This document shows positions 27,043 through 35,609 of a stretch of 37,002 nt of DNA, piece by piece (within the stretch, counting starts at the first letter, position 1; each line of letters begins with the position of its first letter). The stretch comes from Kiritimatiellia bacterium (GTDB lineage Bacteria; Verrucomicrobiota; Kiritimatiellia; RFP12; UBA3636), in the NCBI GenBank assembly GCA_050942875.1, contig JBMNOD010000033.1, positions 1 through 37,002 on the forward strand, read 5' to 3'. The position numbers and the translations under genes are program-made. A model generated the notes under the pieces. That model did not search any database. It was not told the DNA's origin and saw nothing but the letters and a program-made list of their open reading frames with translations.

Positions 27043-27508
27043 GCGCAAGGTCGGCGAAGGCTTGGTTTTCTGACCGCGCATCTGTTTGGTCTGACGGACT
27101 CGTTCAAGGAGCCGCCCAGATCAAACAGATGCGTGTTGCGTCAGGAGCGGTGCGCCTTGACCGAGCGGACGACGGTGCGCCGCGGCAGAGGCGCATCGTC
27201 GCGGTTTCGGTTCCCACGGCCTATTCCAATGTGCCCTTGAAGCCAGTTTTTTCAAAAATGGAGAGCGCGGCGCCGCCTGCGTTCCGTTGTCAGCCACAAG
27301 GACAACTCTTTTATTCACCCCGCCACCGGGCTCCGCCCCTTTTTAGAGCGACTTGAGAAATAGTATAGCCGCACGATTTGAACTAGGATTCGGCGTTTGG
27401 AGCTGGAGGATAGAATGTGGATGCGGATTTTCTTAAACCGCTCTAGACAGCGTAAGCGTGTGCTGTTGCGCAGAGCAGCGGCGGGGGTTTTCTCACCTCT
27501 CACCTCTC

Positions 27509-27534
27509 CTTGCGGGCAGCCCCTTGCCCGCAAG
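27509..27534 (-). terminator. GC-rich hairpin immediately 3' of the LUD-domain gene; possible terminator
   Basis: Perfect 10-bp stem cttgcgggca / tgcccgcaag with a 6-nt loop, 3 nt after the stop at 27538. No U-tract, which is common in high-GC genomes. The region between the convergent giant gene and the LUD gene also holds the weak gggc-tcc-gccc-ctttttag hairpin (27319-27345) after the giant gene. Confidence 0.3.
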
Positions 27535-27537
27535 TCC

Positions 27538-28194
27538 CTACAGCCCCAAATCGTCGTCAACCACAAGCACGGTCACGTCGCTGCGCGAAGGCTTCCGATC
27601 CATGACGACCGTGACGCGGCAGATGCGCTCGGGGGAATCGCAATCGCTGCATACCCCGGTTCGGGTGCATGGCGTGTTCTTGTTCAGCCGGATGGCGTTG
27701 GCGGGCCCCGCGATGGCTCTCACACGCTGGATGGCCTCGGCGACGCCGCCTTCCACGATCTTGTTGCGACCGGCGACCATGACGATTTTCGCAGGGCCGA
27801 AGATCGTGGCCGCGACGCGGTTGCCCACGCCATCGACGTTGACGATTTCGCCCGACGCCGTAACGGCATTGACGCTGCAAATGAACAGATCGCACGTCTG
27901 CTGGCTGCGCATGATGGCGGGCTTGTCCTCGGGGTTGACACTGGGGTCGCCGTGGTCGAGGATTTTCGCGCCAGCGGCGACGAACCGCTCGCGGACGCCG
28001 AGCACGCCCACGGAGAGCGAGCCGCCGAAACCGATGGTCTTCGCACCAGCGCCAAGTTCGACGAGCGCGTCGGCTGCGTCGGCGACATTGGCGCAGTACT
28101 GCGCCGCAAAGCCGCGGCGAATCAACGCATCAACCGTGCGACGGCACTTGTTTTCAGAAAGTTTGGCAAGGATGGATGCAGTTTTCTCTTTCAT
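27538..28194 (-). CDS. LUD-domain protein (lactate-utilisation LutC / YkgG-like)
   Basis: 218 aa. N-terminal KTASILAKL...DALIRRGFAA and a central Gly-rich segment GAKTIGFGGS...; length and pattern fit DUF162/LUD. No lutA or lutB partner in the window. Confidence 0.6.
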   Translation of the reverse strand: MKEKTASILAKLSENKCRRTVDALIRRGFAAQYCANVADAADALVELGAGAKTIGFGGSLSVGVLGVRERFVAAGAKILDHGDPSVNPEDKPAIMRSQQTCDLFICSVNAVTASGEIVNVDGVGNRVAATIFGPAKIVMVAGRNKIVEGGVAEAIQRVRAIAGPANAIRLNKNTPCTRTGVCSDCDSPERICRVTVVMDRKPSRSDVTVLVVDDDLGL

Positions 28195-28631
28195 GTCCCA
28201 CAGTATAACAGCTTCACATCAAGAAGGGAACAGAAGAACAAACCAGGCTTGTCCGGGCTGCCGTTATTCCAAGGACATCGTTTACAACAACTCCATCTGG
28301 CCCGAGGCGTCGGATCTCCACCGGCGCCAGATCGCCGCGCCGGCGCAGAAGATTCCGGAGGTTCGCGAGCAACATCCCGACAGCACCCTGGCCACAGGCA
28401 GAGCGCCGCCGCCTGGATTGCGGGCGGCTGACGGCGCACCCGGCTGACGAGACTCCGAAACGGCGTCGCCTTCAACAGAAAGACGAACCCCAGACAAGAA
28501 CCGTCCATTGTCCATCGACCTCTCGTCACACCTCCCGTGGTACCGTTTTGCGGTGGAACTGTCGAGCGGAAGTTGGTAGGAGGGAGACAGAAACTCGAAA
28601 CTTGGCCGTGACGGCTTCGCCGAGTGGGGTG

Positions 28632-28670
28632 CTGTCCACAAAGTCCACCCTGTCCACTCTGTCCACAAAA
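28632..28670. repeat. Second cluster of phased (C)TGTCCAC(A) repeats; DnaA-box-like
   Basis: cTGTCCACAaagTCCACCcTGTCCACtcTGTCCACAaaac. TGTCCACA is a 7/8 match to the high-GC-type DnaA box TTGTCCACA. Shares GTCCACAAAGTCCAC with the inverted cluster at 7968-8015. Confidence 0.5.
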
Positions 28671-28690
28671 CAGAGAGGAAGCCGGAGACG

Positions 28691-28714
28691 GGGGCACGGA
28701 CATTCCTGTCCGTG
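28691..28714. repeat. 24-nt hairpin module ggggcacggacattcctgtccgtg, copy 2 of 2
   Basis: Identical to 5021-5044. Followed by a second hairpin cacgggtt-ggga-aacccgtg (28722-28741) and the shared ccttcgccacgcc. Confidence 0.6.
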
Positions 28715-28780
28715 GTCGTCCACGGGTTGGGAAACCCGTGCCCCTTTTCCCTTCGCCACGCCATCGGCGAACCACCGCCG

Positions 28781-29005
28781 CCCCGGCGGGTTCCGGCGCA
28801 TCGGCGGGTTCCGGCGCATCGGCGGGTTCCGGCGCATCGGCTTCTTGTCCGCCCGTCGGTGCCATGTCGCTGGGGACCGCGGTCTCCGCGGGCCGCCCGC
28901 CGCCCCGGCGGGTTCCGGCGCATCGGCTTCTTGTCCGCCCGGCGGTGCCATGTCGCTGGGGACCGCGGTCTCCGCGGGCCGCCCGCCGCCCGGCGGGCGC
29001 GTCGG
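28781..29005. repeat. Nested tandem repeats: (ggcgggttccggcgcatc) x3 embedded in an ~86-nt unit present 2.2 times
   Basis: The 18-mer sits at 28785-28802, 28803-28820 and 28821-28838. The long unit ccccggcgggttccggcgcatcggcttcttgtccgcccg(t/g)cggtgccatgtcgctggggaccgcggtctccgcgggccgcccgccg is at 28781-28902 (with the extra 18-mers) and 28903-28988, with a partial third copy. Confidence 0.6.
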
Positions 29006-29168
29006 CGTCAACACCCCGCCGCCACCGTAGTCTCGAAACCACTCTTCGAGATTATGGAAATCAAGGAAAGTCCCGAAGGGGCAAAAATTCTAGATTCTGG
29101 CTGCTGGATTCTCGAGTCTTTCCAACCGCGGGACACACGGAAAGACTTTCCTGATTTCAGACAGAATG

Positions 29169-29199
29169 GAAACTTGACACTTGAAATTGGAAACTGGGG
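29169..29199. repeat. Inverted copy 3 of the CCAGTTTCAAnTTTCAA motif, inside an AT-richer TGGAAA-repeat segment
   Basis: Reverse complement ccccagtttccaatttcaagtgtcaagtttcc. The surrounding 29040-29230 has five (T)GGAAA(S) repeats and the palindrome GGAAAGACTTTCC (29128-29140). Confidence 0.4.
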
Positions 29200-29259
29200 C
29201 TGGGACGGCCGCGCCGAATGTTTTTTAGGCGCGCCTGAACCCTGAAGCCTCGATCCTTG

Positions 29260-29279
29260 GCGATTCAATTTTGAATCGC
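29260..29279 (-). other. Palindromic hairpin gcgattcaattttgaatcgc overlapping the sbcC stop codon
   Basis: 9-bp arms gcgattcaa / ttgaatcgc. The TGA stop (29265-29267) lies in the left arm. Possible 3'-end stabiliser or terminator element; no U-tract. Confidence 0.3.
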
Positions 29280-32200
29280 ACCAGGCCCTGAGATCCGGCT
29301 TCTGCCGCCGGAGACGGGCGTCACTTCGATTTGCGTGGCGATGCGCTCCTTGAGCGCCGGCACGTGCGAGATGACGCCGATCAGCTTGCCGTCCTGCTGC
29401 AAGCCGGCCAGCGTCTCCAGCGCCATGTCGAGCGCCTCGTCGTCGAGCGTGCCGAAGCCTTCGTCGAGGAACAGCGAGTCCACGCGGATGTTCCGGCTCG
29501 ACATGTGCGACAGCCCCAGCGCCAGCGCCAGGCTGACGATGAAGCTCTCGCCGCCCGAGAGGTTCTTCGTGGAGCGGATTTCCCCGGCCTGGTAGTTGTC
29601 CACCACGTTCAATTCCAGGGGCGACGCCTCGTCGCGGACGAGCAGGTAGCGGTCGGTCATCTTCCGGAGCTGCCGGTTCGCATGGCCGACCATGATCTCG
29701 AAGGTGAGCCCCTGGGCGAAGTTTCGGTACTTCTTGCCGTCGGCGGAGCCGATCAATTCGTGCAGGGCGTCCCACTGGCGGCACTCCTTCCGCTGGGCGT
29801 TGATCGCGGTCTGCTTCTCCGCGATCCGCGCCCGGGCCGTCGCGTTTTCGTTCAGTTCGTGCCGAAGCCCGGCAATCGCATCCCGCAGTTCCTTCAGAGC
29901 CTCTTCCTGCTCGATGAATCGCGGCTGAAGCGCTTCCAGCGTCTCCTCGGTGAGGTTGCGCGCCATCTCCGCCGCCAGACGCGCCTCACGATCCTTCCGC
30001 CGGGCGTTCAAATCCGTTTGGCGCTCATTCAGATTGCTGGCCGCAGCCGCCAATTCCGCCCGGCGCTCCGAGGGAAGTCGGGCCGCCAAAAATTCGGCTT
30101 CGTCTGAAAACCCCGCCGATGCGCGCGCAGCGGAAAACGCTGTTTCCAGCCTTCCCAACTCCGGCTCCTGGCGCGCAAGACGTCGCTTCAGCGTTTCGAC
30201 GCGATCCCTTGCGGTGTTCAAAAGCTGCTGGAGCTTGCCGTGTTGCTCCCGGCTCTGTTTCTCGGCGCTTTCGGCGGCGGCAACCGCCTGGTTCAAGCGG
30301 CGCTCTTCGGCGTCCGGGTTCTTGTCGCCGTACAGCGCCTGGCGTTCCGCGCGCGTGGCGGCGAATTCCCCTTTCAAGATTTCGAGCTGTCTCCGCTTTT
30401 CAGCCAAGGCGGCGCCTTGCGTTTCGATGACCGCATCCAGCCGCTTCAATTCGCCATCGAGAGCGGAAATCCGCTTCTCGATTTCCGCTTTTTGTCCGAC
30501 CCGACCCTGCCACGCCTCCAACCGCGCCTGAAGCGTCGTGCGCAAGGGCGCGATCTCCGCTTCGGGGATTTCCGCGATGCCAAGCGGCTGGAGCTTGGCC
30601 GCAACGGCCTGCCTGCGTTCGGCAAAGTCGGCACGGCGTTCCTGCAAATCTTCCTGCGCCTCGGCCAGCTTTTGTTCGGCGACCGTCCTGCCGTTGGCGA
30701 CGACGGATTCCCGGCTTTCGGCTTCGACCACCTTTTCGCGAGCCGCGCTTTCGGCTTTCGCGAATTCCTCGATCGCGTTTCCCTGCGCCTCGGCTTGTTT
30801 AATCAGCCGGGTCAAATCCTCGATCTTCCGTTCGGTTTCGTCGGGGGTCGGCACGTTTCCGGCGGCGTAGGGGTGTTCGGTCGCGCCGCAGAGCGGACAG
30901 GGCTTGCCGTCTTCCAGCTTGGCCCGGTGCGCTTCCAGCTCCGCGATTTTGGCCAGATAGGCCATTTCGCGCAACAAGGCGTCCTTCTCGGCGCGGTATT
31001 CCCGCAACAAGCGCCCGCCCAGCAACTGGTTCAAGGCCTCCTGGCCTTGCCGGAGCCTTTGCGCAGCGTCATCGAGCTTTTGCCTTTTCGCGGCGACTTG
31101 TCGGCGATGATCCTCGAGCGCCTTTGCCGCTTGTTCCAGCGATGCCGCGGCCTTGACTTGCGCGGCCTCCTTTTGCGCGATTTCGGCCTGCCGTTCGAGC
31201 AGGCCGTTCAACTGCTCCTCGACCCCGGCCAACCCGCCGACCAGCCATTCGTCCCGCGCATGTTCCCGGAGATCGTCGTCCACCAGTTCCAGCGCATCGC
31301 AGGCTTCGGCGCGTTTGTCCTGCTGCGCGAGGCGGGCGGCTTTGTCGGCTTCGATCCCGGCCGAATCCCGCTGGCAGCCTGCTTCGCCTTCTGCGACGGC
31401 GTTTTGCTGGTCGCCCAGTTTTTGATCGAGCGAGCGGACTTTCTGCAAGGTCGGCGCAGCCGCTTGCAAGGCTTCTTTCTTCTCGGTCGTCTGCCGCTCC
31501 GCCGCCTGCAATGCGTCGGCCTGTTCTTGGGCGGCGGCTTCGAGCCCGGGAAGCGACGCTTCTTCGGCTTTCAATGCGGCTTGGTCGTGCGTCTGCTGCT
31601 TGCGGGCGGCGGCGAGCGTGGCGTAGGCGCCGTCCAGCGAAGCGGCGTTCAAGGCGCGGTCGAGCTTTTCGCGATCCGGCTGGAACGCCTCGATCTCGCT
31701 CTGCAGCTTGTCCGACTCGTCGGCCAGGCTGGCGATCTCCTGTTTCAGCCCGCCAATGGCGGCAAGCCAATCGATGGCTTTCTTCGTGACGGCCGATGCG
31801 GCGGCAAGCGCCGCCTCCGCCTGCCGCTTGTCGTCGAGCGCCTGCTTCCGCGCTTGCTCCTCCTCCGGCCCGAGGATTTGGATGCCTTTTATTTCCGCTT
31901 GGAGCCGCTCAAGCTCCGTCTGCTCCTCGCGCTGGCGCTCGTGGACGCGGATGGAAATCTTGCTGTAGATTTCCGTGCCCGTGATCTGCTCCAGGATCGG
32001 CGCCCGGTCGTCGGGCGCCGCTTGCAGGAACACCGCGAATCCGCCCTGGGCCAGCAGCATGGAGCGGGTGAAGCGCTCGAAGTCCATGCCCGTGACCTCC
32101 ACGACCTTGTCGGCGACGCCCTGGATGCTGGATTCGAAGATTTCGCCAGTGTCGGCGTTGGCGATCTCGCGCCTCGGCGCCTGGAGCTCGCCATCCGGCC

Positions 32201-32510
32201 GCCGACGCGCCCGATGCTGGCTCCAATGGCAGCGGTAGCGCCCCGCCAGGGTCTCGAACGTCACCTCGGCGAAGCACTCGCCCGTCTGGCGGGACATCAC
32301 TTCGTTGCCGCTCTTGTTGACCCGGTCCAGACGCGGCGTGCGTCCGTAAAGCGCGAGGCAGATGGCGTCGAGGATGGTCGTCTTGCCCGATCCAGTGGGG
32401 CCGGTGATGGCGAAAATGCCGTCGGAAACGTAGGCCGGATGCGTCAGGTCGATCGCCCAGTCGCCGACGAGCGAGTTGAGGTTCTTGAAGCGTATTTGCA
32501 GGATTCTCAT
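29265..32510 (-). CDS. sbcC: Exonuclease SbcC (Rad50-like SMC ATPase)
   Basis: 1081 aa. N-terminal Walker A (FAITGPTGSGKTTILDAICLALYG). Very long Gln/Ala/Glu/Leu-rich coiled coil with central zinc hook CPLCG. C-terminal signature plus Walker B (LSGGESFIVSLALALGLS...LFLDEGFGTLD). ATGA overlap with the sbcD stop. Confidence 0.9.
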   Translation of the reverse strand: MRILQIRFKNLNSLVGDWAIDLTHPAYVSDGIFAITGPTGSGKTTILDAICLALYGRTPRLDRVNKSGNEVMSRQTGECFAEVTFETLAGRYRCHWSQHRARRRPDGELQAPRREIANADTGEIFESSIQGVADKVVEVTGMDFERFTRSMLLAQGGFAVFLQAAPDDRAPILEQITGTEIYSKISIRVHERQREEQTELERLQAEIKGIQILGPEEEQARKQALDDKRQAEAALAAASAVTKKAIDWLAAIGGLKQEIASLADESDKLQSEIEAFQPDREKLDRALNAASLDGAYATLAAARKQQTHDQAALKAEEASLPGLEAAAQEQADALQAAERQTTEKKEALQAAAPTLQKVRSLDQKLGDQQNAVAEGEAGCQRDSAGIEADKAARLAQQDKRAEACDALELVDDDLREHARDEWLVGGLAGVEEQLNGLLERQAEIAQKEAAQVKAAASLEQAAKALEDHRRQVAAKRQKLDDAAQRLRQGQEALNQLLGGRLLREYRAEKDALLREMAYLAKIAELEAHRAKLEDGKPCPLCGATEHPYAAGNVPTPDETERKIEDLTRLIKQAEAQGNAIEEFAKAESAAREKVVEAESRESVVANGRTVAEQKLAEAQEDLQERRADFAERRQAVAAKLQPLGIAEIPEAEIAPLRTTLQARLEAWQGRVGQKAEIEKRISALDGELKRLDAVIETQGAALAEKRRQLEILKGEFAATRAERQALYGDKNPDAEERRLNQAVAAAESAEKQSREQHGKLQQLLNTARDRVETLKRRLARQEPELGRLETAFSAARASAGFSDEAEFLAARLPSERRAELAAAASNLNERQTDLNARRKDREARLAAEMARNLTEETLEALQPRFIEQEEALKELRDAIAGLRHELNENATARARIAEKQTAINAQRKECRQWDALHELIGSADGKKYRNFAQGLTFEIMVGHANRQLRKMTDRYLLVRDEASPLELNVVDNYQAGEIRSTKNLSGGESFIVSLALALGLSHMSSRNIRVDSLFLDEGFGTLDDEALDMALETLAGLQQDGKLIGVISHVPALKERIATQIEVTPVSGGRSRISGPGAIQN

Positions 32511-33751
32511 CGACAGCCCCCCTGTTCCGCCTGCTTGTCGTCTTCCTGGACGGACTTCACCGCTTCCCGATACGTCCGCAACAGCTCGGGGCGCTGCTCA
32601 TCCGGCACGTTGTGAACGGCAAGGCAGCGTTCGAACACGTCGTCCTCGGTCAGATCGTCGAGCGTTTCCTCCACGTGGAGCTGGCTGAGCACGCGGTCGA
32701 TGACGCGGTTGTTCTTGATCCGGAGGATTTCCATCGAGGTGCCGGCAATCGCCGCTTCAAGGCGCTCGCGCAGGTCGCCGATGATGTCGTCGCCCTCGTA
32801 GACGACTTCGAGCCAGCTTTTGGAGTCCTCTGCCGCCAATTCGCGGATGCGGCGCTCGATGTCGTCCCACCCGCCCTGGATCGATTCGAGCGTTTGAAAG
32901 ACGGGCACGTCGATCAGTCGCACGGAGGCGGCTCTGCCGTCAAACGTGACTTCGCAAACGCCCTTCTTCTGCTTGGTCTCGCCAAACCCCATGGGCAGGG
33001 GGGAACCGCTGTACCGCATGGTTTCGATGCCGCCCACCGTTTGCGGGACGTGGAGGTGCCCGAGCGCCAGGTAGTCGATGCCGGCGGGGAAGGTCTCGGT
33101 TCCCACATGCGCCAGGGAGCCCACGTAGAGCTCGCGCACGCCATCGCCGTCGATGGTCTTCCCGCCGGCGGTGAACAGATGCCCCATCGCGACGATGGGG
33201 ATGCCGCCCCCGAATGCCGCGCGCTTCCGTTCGGCGCAAGCGACGACCTCGGCGTAATGCCGGCGGATGCCGGCGGCCATTTTCCGTTCCTTGTCCGCGA
33301 CGCTCTCGCCGGCTTCCGCCACGCGGATGTCCCGATCGCGGAGGTAGGGCACGGCGCAGACGATCAGCTCCGGCCCGCCTTGCGCATTGCGGAGCACGAG
33401 CACCTCGTCTTCCGCGGATTCCTCGCGACTGCCGATCACATGGACGTTGAGCGCCTTGAGCAGCACCTTGGGGGCGTTGAGAAAGGACGGCGAATCGTGG
33501 TTCCCGGCAATGACGACGACGTGCCGACAGCTCGAAGCGACCACCCGGCACAAAAAGCCGTAGTAGAGCTCCTGTGCGCGGTTGCTCGGCGCCGTCGTGT
33601 CGAAGACGTCGCCCGCCACCAGCAACGCGTCGATCCTGTTCTCCCGGATCGTCTCCGCCAGCCAGCCCAGGAACGCCTCGAATTCCTCATGGCGCTTCCG
33701 TCCATGAAGGCTACGGCCGAGGTGCCAGTCAGACGTGTGCAGGATTTTCAT
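32507..33751 (-). CDS. sbcD: Exonuclease SbcD (Mre11-like calcineurin-fold nuclease)
   Basis: Start at ATG 33751 with GGAGG 6 nt upstream; the ORF extends to 33805. MKILHTSDWHLG, GDVFD, GNHD and GHLH phosphoesterase motifs. Confidence 0.9.
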   Translation of the reverse strand: MKILHTSDWHLGRSLHGRKRHEEFEAFLGWLAETIRENRIDALLVAGDVFDTTAPSNRAQELYYGFLCRVVASSCRHVVVIAGNHDSPSFLNAPKVLLKALNVHVIGSREESAEDEVLVLRNAQGGPELIVCAVPYLRDRDIRVAEAGESVADKERKMAAGIRRHYAEVVACAERKRAAFGGGIPIVAMGHLFTAGGKTIDGDGVRELYVGSLAHVGTETFPAGIDYLALGHLHVPQTVGGIETMRYSGSPLPMGFGETKQKKGVCEVTFDGRAASVRLIDVPVFQTLESIQGGWDDIERRIRELAAEDSKSWLEVVYEGDDIIGDLRERLEAAIAGTSMEILRIKNNRVIDRVLSQLHVEETLDDLTEDDVFERCLAVHNVPDEQRPELLRTYREAVKSVQEDDKQAEQGGCR

Positions 33752-33824
33752 CGAACCTCCTGTAACGCCCAGCCCCTGTTGACCGACGAAATTGCGCATA
33801 TTCATATGGTTTCATGCCGCCTTT

Positions 33825-33910
33825 ATATGCATAAACACTTTTAATGCACGCTATGCACAAATCTTATGCACGATACTAACAAGCCTTATGCACGCATGCA
33901 TAAAAAAGGC
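33825..33910. promoter_or_regulatory. Cluster of (T)TATGCA(C) direct repeats (iteron-like) in the sbcD upstream region, overlapping the 3' end of the Schlafen-like gene
   Basis: tatatgcata, taatgcacgc, ctatgcacaaatc, cttatgcacgatac, ccttatgcacgcatgcata. ATGCAC occurs at 33845, 33854, 33867 and 33889. Very AT-rich compared with the flanks; it is the left boundary of the low-GC island. Confidence 0.45.
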
Positions 33911-35572
33911 GTTTACCGTGTATAAAACGCATGCTTCTTCTCCCCGATTTTGGTTAGCAACCCTTTGCCAACTTTTGAGCAAGCGATAAGCTTGCGGTCC
34001 GCTTAGGTGGCACAAATCCATAACATCAGCTCGCTTAATGCGTCCATGTTTTTCAATATAGCTTAGCACCATCTGTTCCTGCTGAATGGGCGCGAACCCA
34101 GCCTGTCGAATGTATTCCGACTTTTGTCCTGCTTTTTGATACATCGTTGCACTGAGTGTATAGGTTCGCCCCCTCCCTGTGCCGTGGGGTTCCAAAAAGC
34201 CGGTTTCCACCAGCTTTTCCAATGTGGCACGAACATGGGCTTCGGGTTTTTGGACGGATGGAACAAGGTCGGAGGTGGTCAGCCGCCGCTCGTCGCGCAA
34301 ACGGGCCAGAATGATGAGAGAGTCGATCGGCATGTCGCCTAGCTTGTCCTCTTGTTCAACAACCATCTTGAGAAAATCAAGGTCGGCAGCAGCATTGGAC
34401 ATCTTCACGGAAACCGTGACTTCATCGGACGTTGAATAGTCTGGCATTGGGCGCCCATAACGCAACAGGCCCTCGTAGATTCGATCAATACCGCGTCCGG
34501 TGCGTTCGGCTAAGCCAATGCGTTTGATCACATCAGCAAGAAGTGGATTGCGGGAACGCGGGTCGACAACAAGTAGGTTCGCCAGAGTCACGCCTTCCAC
34601 AAATCCACCAGGGTTGCTGATTGAAAGACCTTCTTCGGTAATCTTGACATGCACAGCCCCTAAACGGTAAAAGTCACGATGAACCAACGCATTGACAAAA
34701 GCTTCACGAAAAGCGCGGCGGTCATAGTTTGGGACGGGGACTCGAAAAAGCCCTATCTGAATTTCTTCTTCTTCAACACGCGAATTAAAAAGCAGTTCCA
34801 CCTTCTCAAAGGTTTCCAGCAGAGGCTTGCGAAAGAACTCGTTCGCCTTGACATCCGTGCCCTGAAGTACCTGAAAGGCAATTTCATAGGCAGGAAGGAG
34901 GTGGCGCAAAAGCTCTTCTGTGCCCAAAAGCAACACCCCGGCAACAGTCGGCCGCCTGACGCCGTTCATCTCCCGGCAAAACCCTAGAGCACCATCCAAC
35001 TCTTCATCCGCCAATGACAAAAGCGATTGATCTCCGCCATATTTCTTGATGGCATTACGAATTCGCAGACGTTGCAAAGGATCAAACTGTTCAACGTCCA
35101 TTGCCTCTAGAATCATGGCAGAAGGATCGACAAGCCCCATTGACGATTGGCGTTGAATGAACTCATGGGGATAAAACGGCACAGTCTCCGGCGTGCCATC
35201 GAGTTTGATTCGCCTCCGAACCAAAAGTCCGTCAGCTGTCGATACCAGACACCGTGATTTAGGTACCGATATGCGGGCGATGGTTTTGCCCTTCAACACG
35301 TGCCGTTCCACGCGGACGGATAGGGCGGGGTTGGTTCTATTGGCGATCAAGGAAGGAATGCCTGAAATATGGGCGTGGTTCGCATGGAGACCGATAACCG
35401 TGCCATCATCTTCAACCCCAAGCAGCAAATTCCCTCCATCGGTGTTGGCCAACGAAACCACCGCCGCTAAAAGATCTCGATCTGGCAGACATTTCAGGTC
35501 GCTCTTGAATTCCAACGACAGGCCTTCGCCTCGTTGAATTGTTTTTTCAATTCCACATCCATTCGCGTCCAT
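33851..35572 (-). CDS. COG2865-type regulator: Schlafen-like divergent AAA (AlbA_2) domain + HATPase_c_4 domain + C-terminal wHTH
   Basis: 573 aa with AGGAAG 8 nt upstream of the ATG. N-terminus: ESLEFKSDLK...LLAAVVSLANTDGGNLLLGVEDDGTVIGL, the AlbA_2/Schlafen-box pattern. Middle: ...LVHRDFYRLGAVHVKITEEGLSISNPGG..., the HATPase_c_4 pattern. C-terminus: MVLSYIEKHGRIKRADVMDLCHLSGPQAYRLLKSW, a winged helix. The gene sits in a ~1.8-kb segment with markedly lower GC (~50%) than the surrounding ~68%. Confidence 0.7.
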   Translation of the reverse strand: MDANGCGIEKTIQRGEGLSLEFKSDLKCLPDRDLLAAVVSLANTDGGNLLLGVEDDGTVIGLHANHAHISGIPSLIANRTNPALSVRVERHVLKGKTIARISVPKSRCLVSTADGLLVRRRIKLDGTPETVPFYPHEFIQRQSSMGLVDPSAMILEAMDVEQFDPLQRLRIRNAIKKYGGDQSLLSLADEELDGALGFCREMNGVRRPTVAGVLLLGTEELLRHLLPAYEIAFQVLQGTDVKANEFFRKPLLETFEKVELLFNSRVEEEEIQIGLFRVPVPNYDRRAFREAFVNALVHRDFYRLGAVHVKITEEGLSISNPGGFVEGVTLANLLVVDPRSRNPLLADVIKRIGLAERTGRGIDRIYEGLLRYGRPMPDYSTSDEVTVSVKMSNAAADLDFLKMVVEQEDKLGDMPIDSLIILARLRDERRLTTSDLVPSVQKPEAHVRATLEKLVETGFLEPHGTGRGRTYTLSATMYQKAGQKSEYIRQAGFAPIQQEQMVLSYIEKHGRIKRADVMDLCHLSGPQAYRLLKSWQRVANQNRGEEACVLYTVNAFFMHACIRLVSIVHKICA

Positions 35573-35609
35573 TCATGCTTCCTGTACTTTGTGTTTATCG
35601 GTGCCGCCT

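Noticed and set aside
28781-29005. Possible CRISPR array (18-nt direct repeats)
   Set aside because: The 18-mers are directly contiguous with no spacers, are nested inside a larger ~86-nt duplication, and no cas genes are nearby. This is a plain tandem duplication, not CRISPR.
28191-29042. 283-aa, 213-aa and 160-aa ORFs overlapping in the 28.2-29.0 kb region on both strands
   Set aside because: All run through the tandem duplications and produce Gly/Pro/Arg/Ala low-complexity peptides (e.g. GGFRRIGGFRRIGGFRRIG from the 18-mer repeat). Several frames are simultaneously open, as expected for GC-rich repeats, so none is credible.
30240-32615. 791-aa plus-strand ORF opposite sbcC
   Set aside because: Antisense artefact. 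The minus frame has Walker A, zinc hook, signature and Walker B motifs.
33792-33989. 65-aa plus-strand ORF in the AT-rich TATGCAC-repeat segment
   Set aside because: The hydrophobic or odd composition merely reflects AT-rich repeats. It overlaps the 3' end of the Schlafen-like gene on the other strand and has no RBS.
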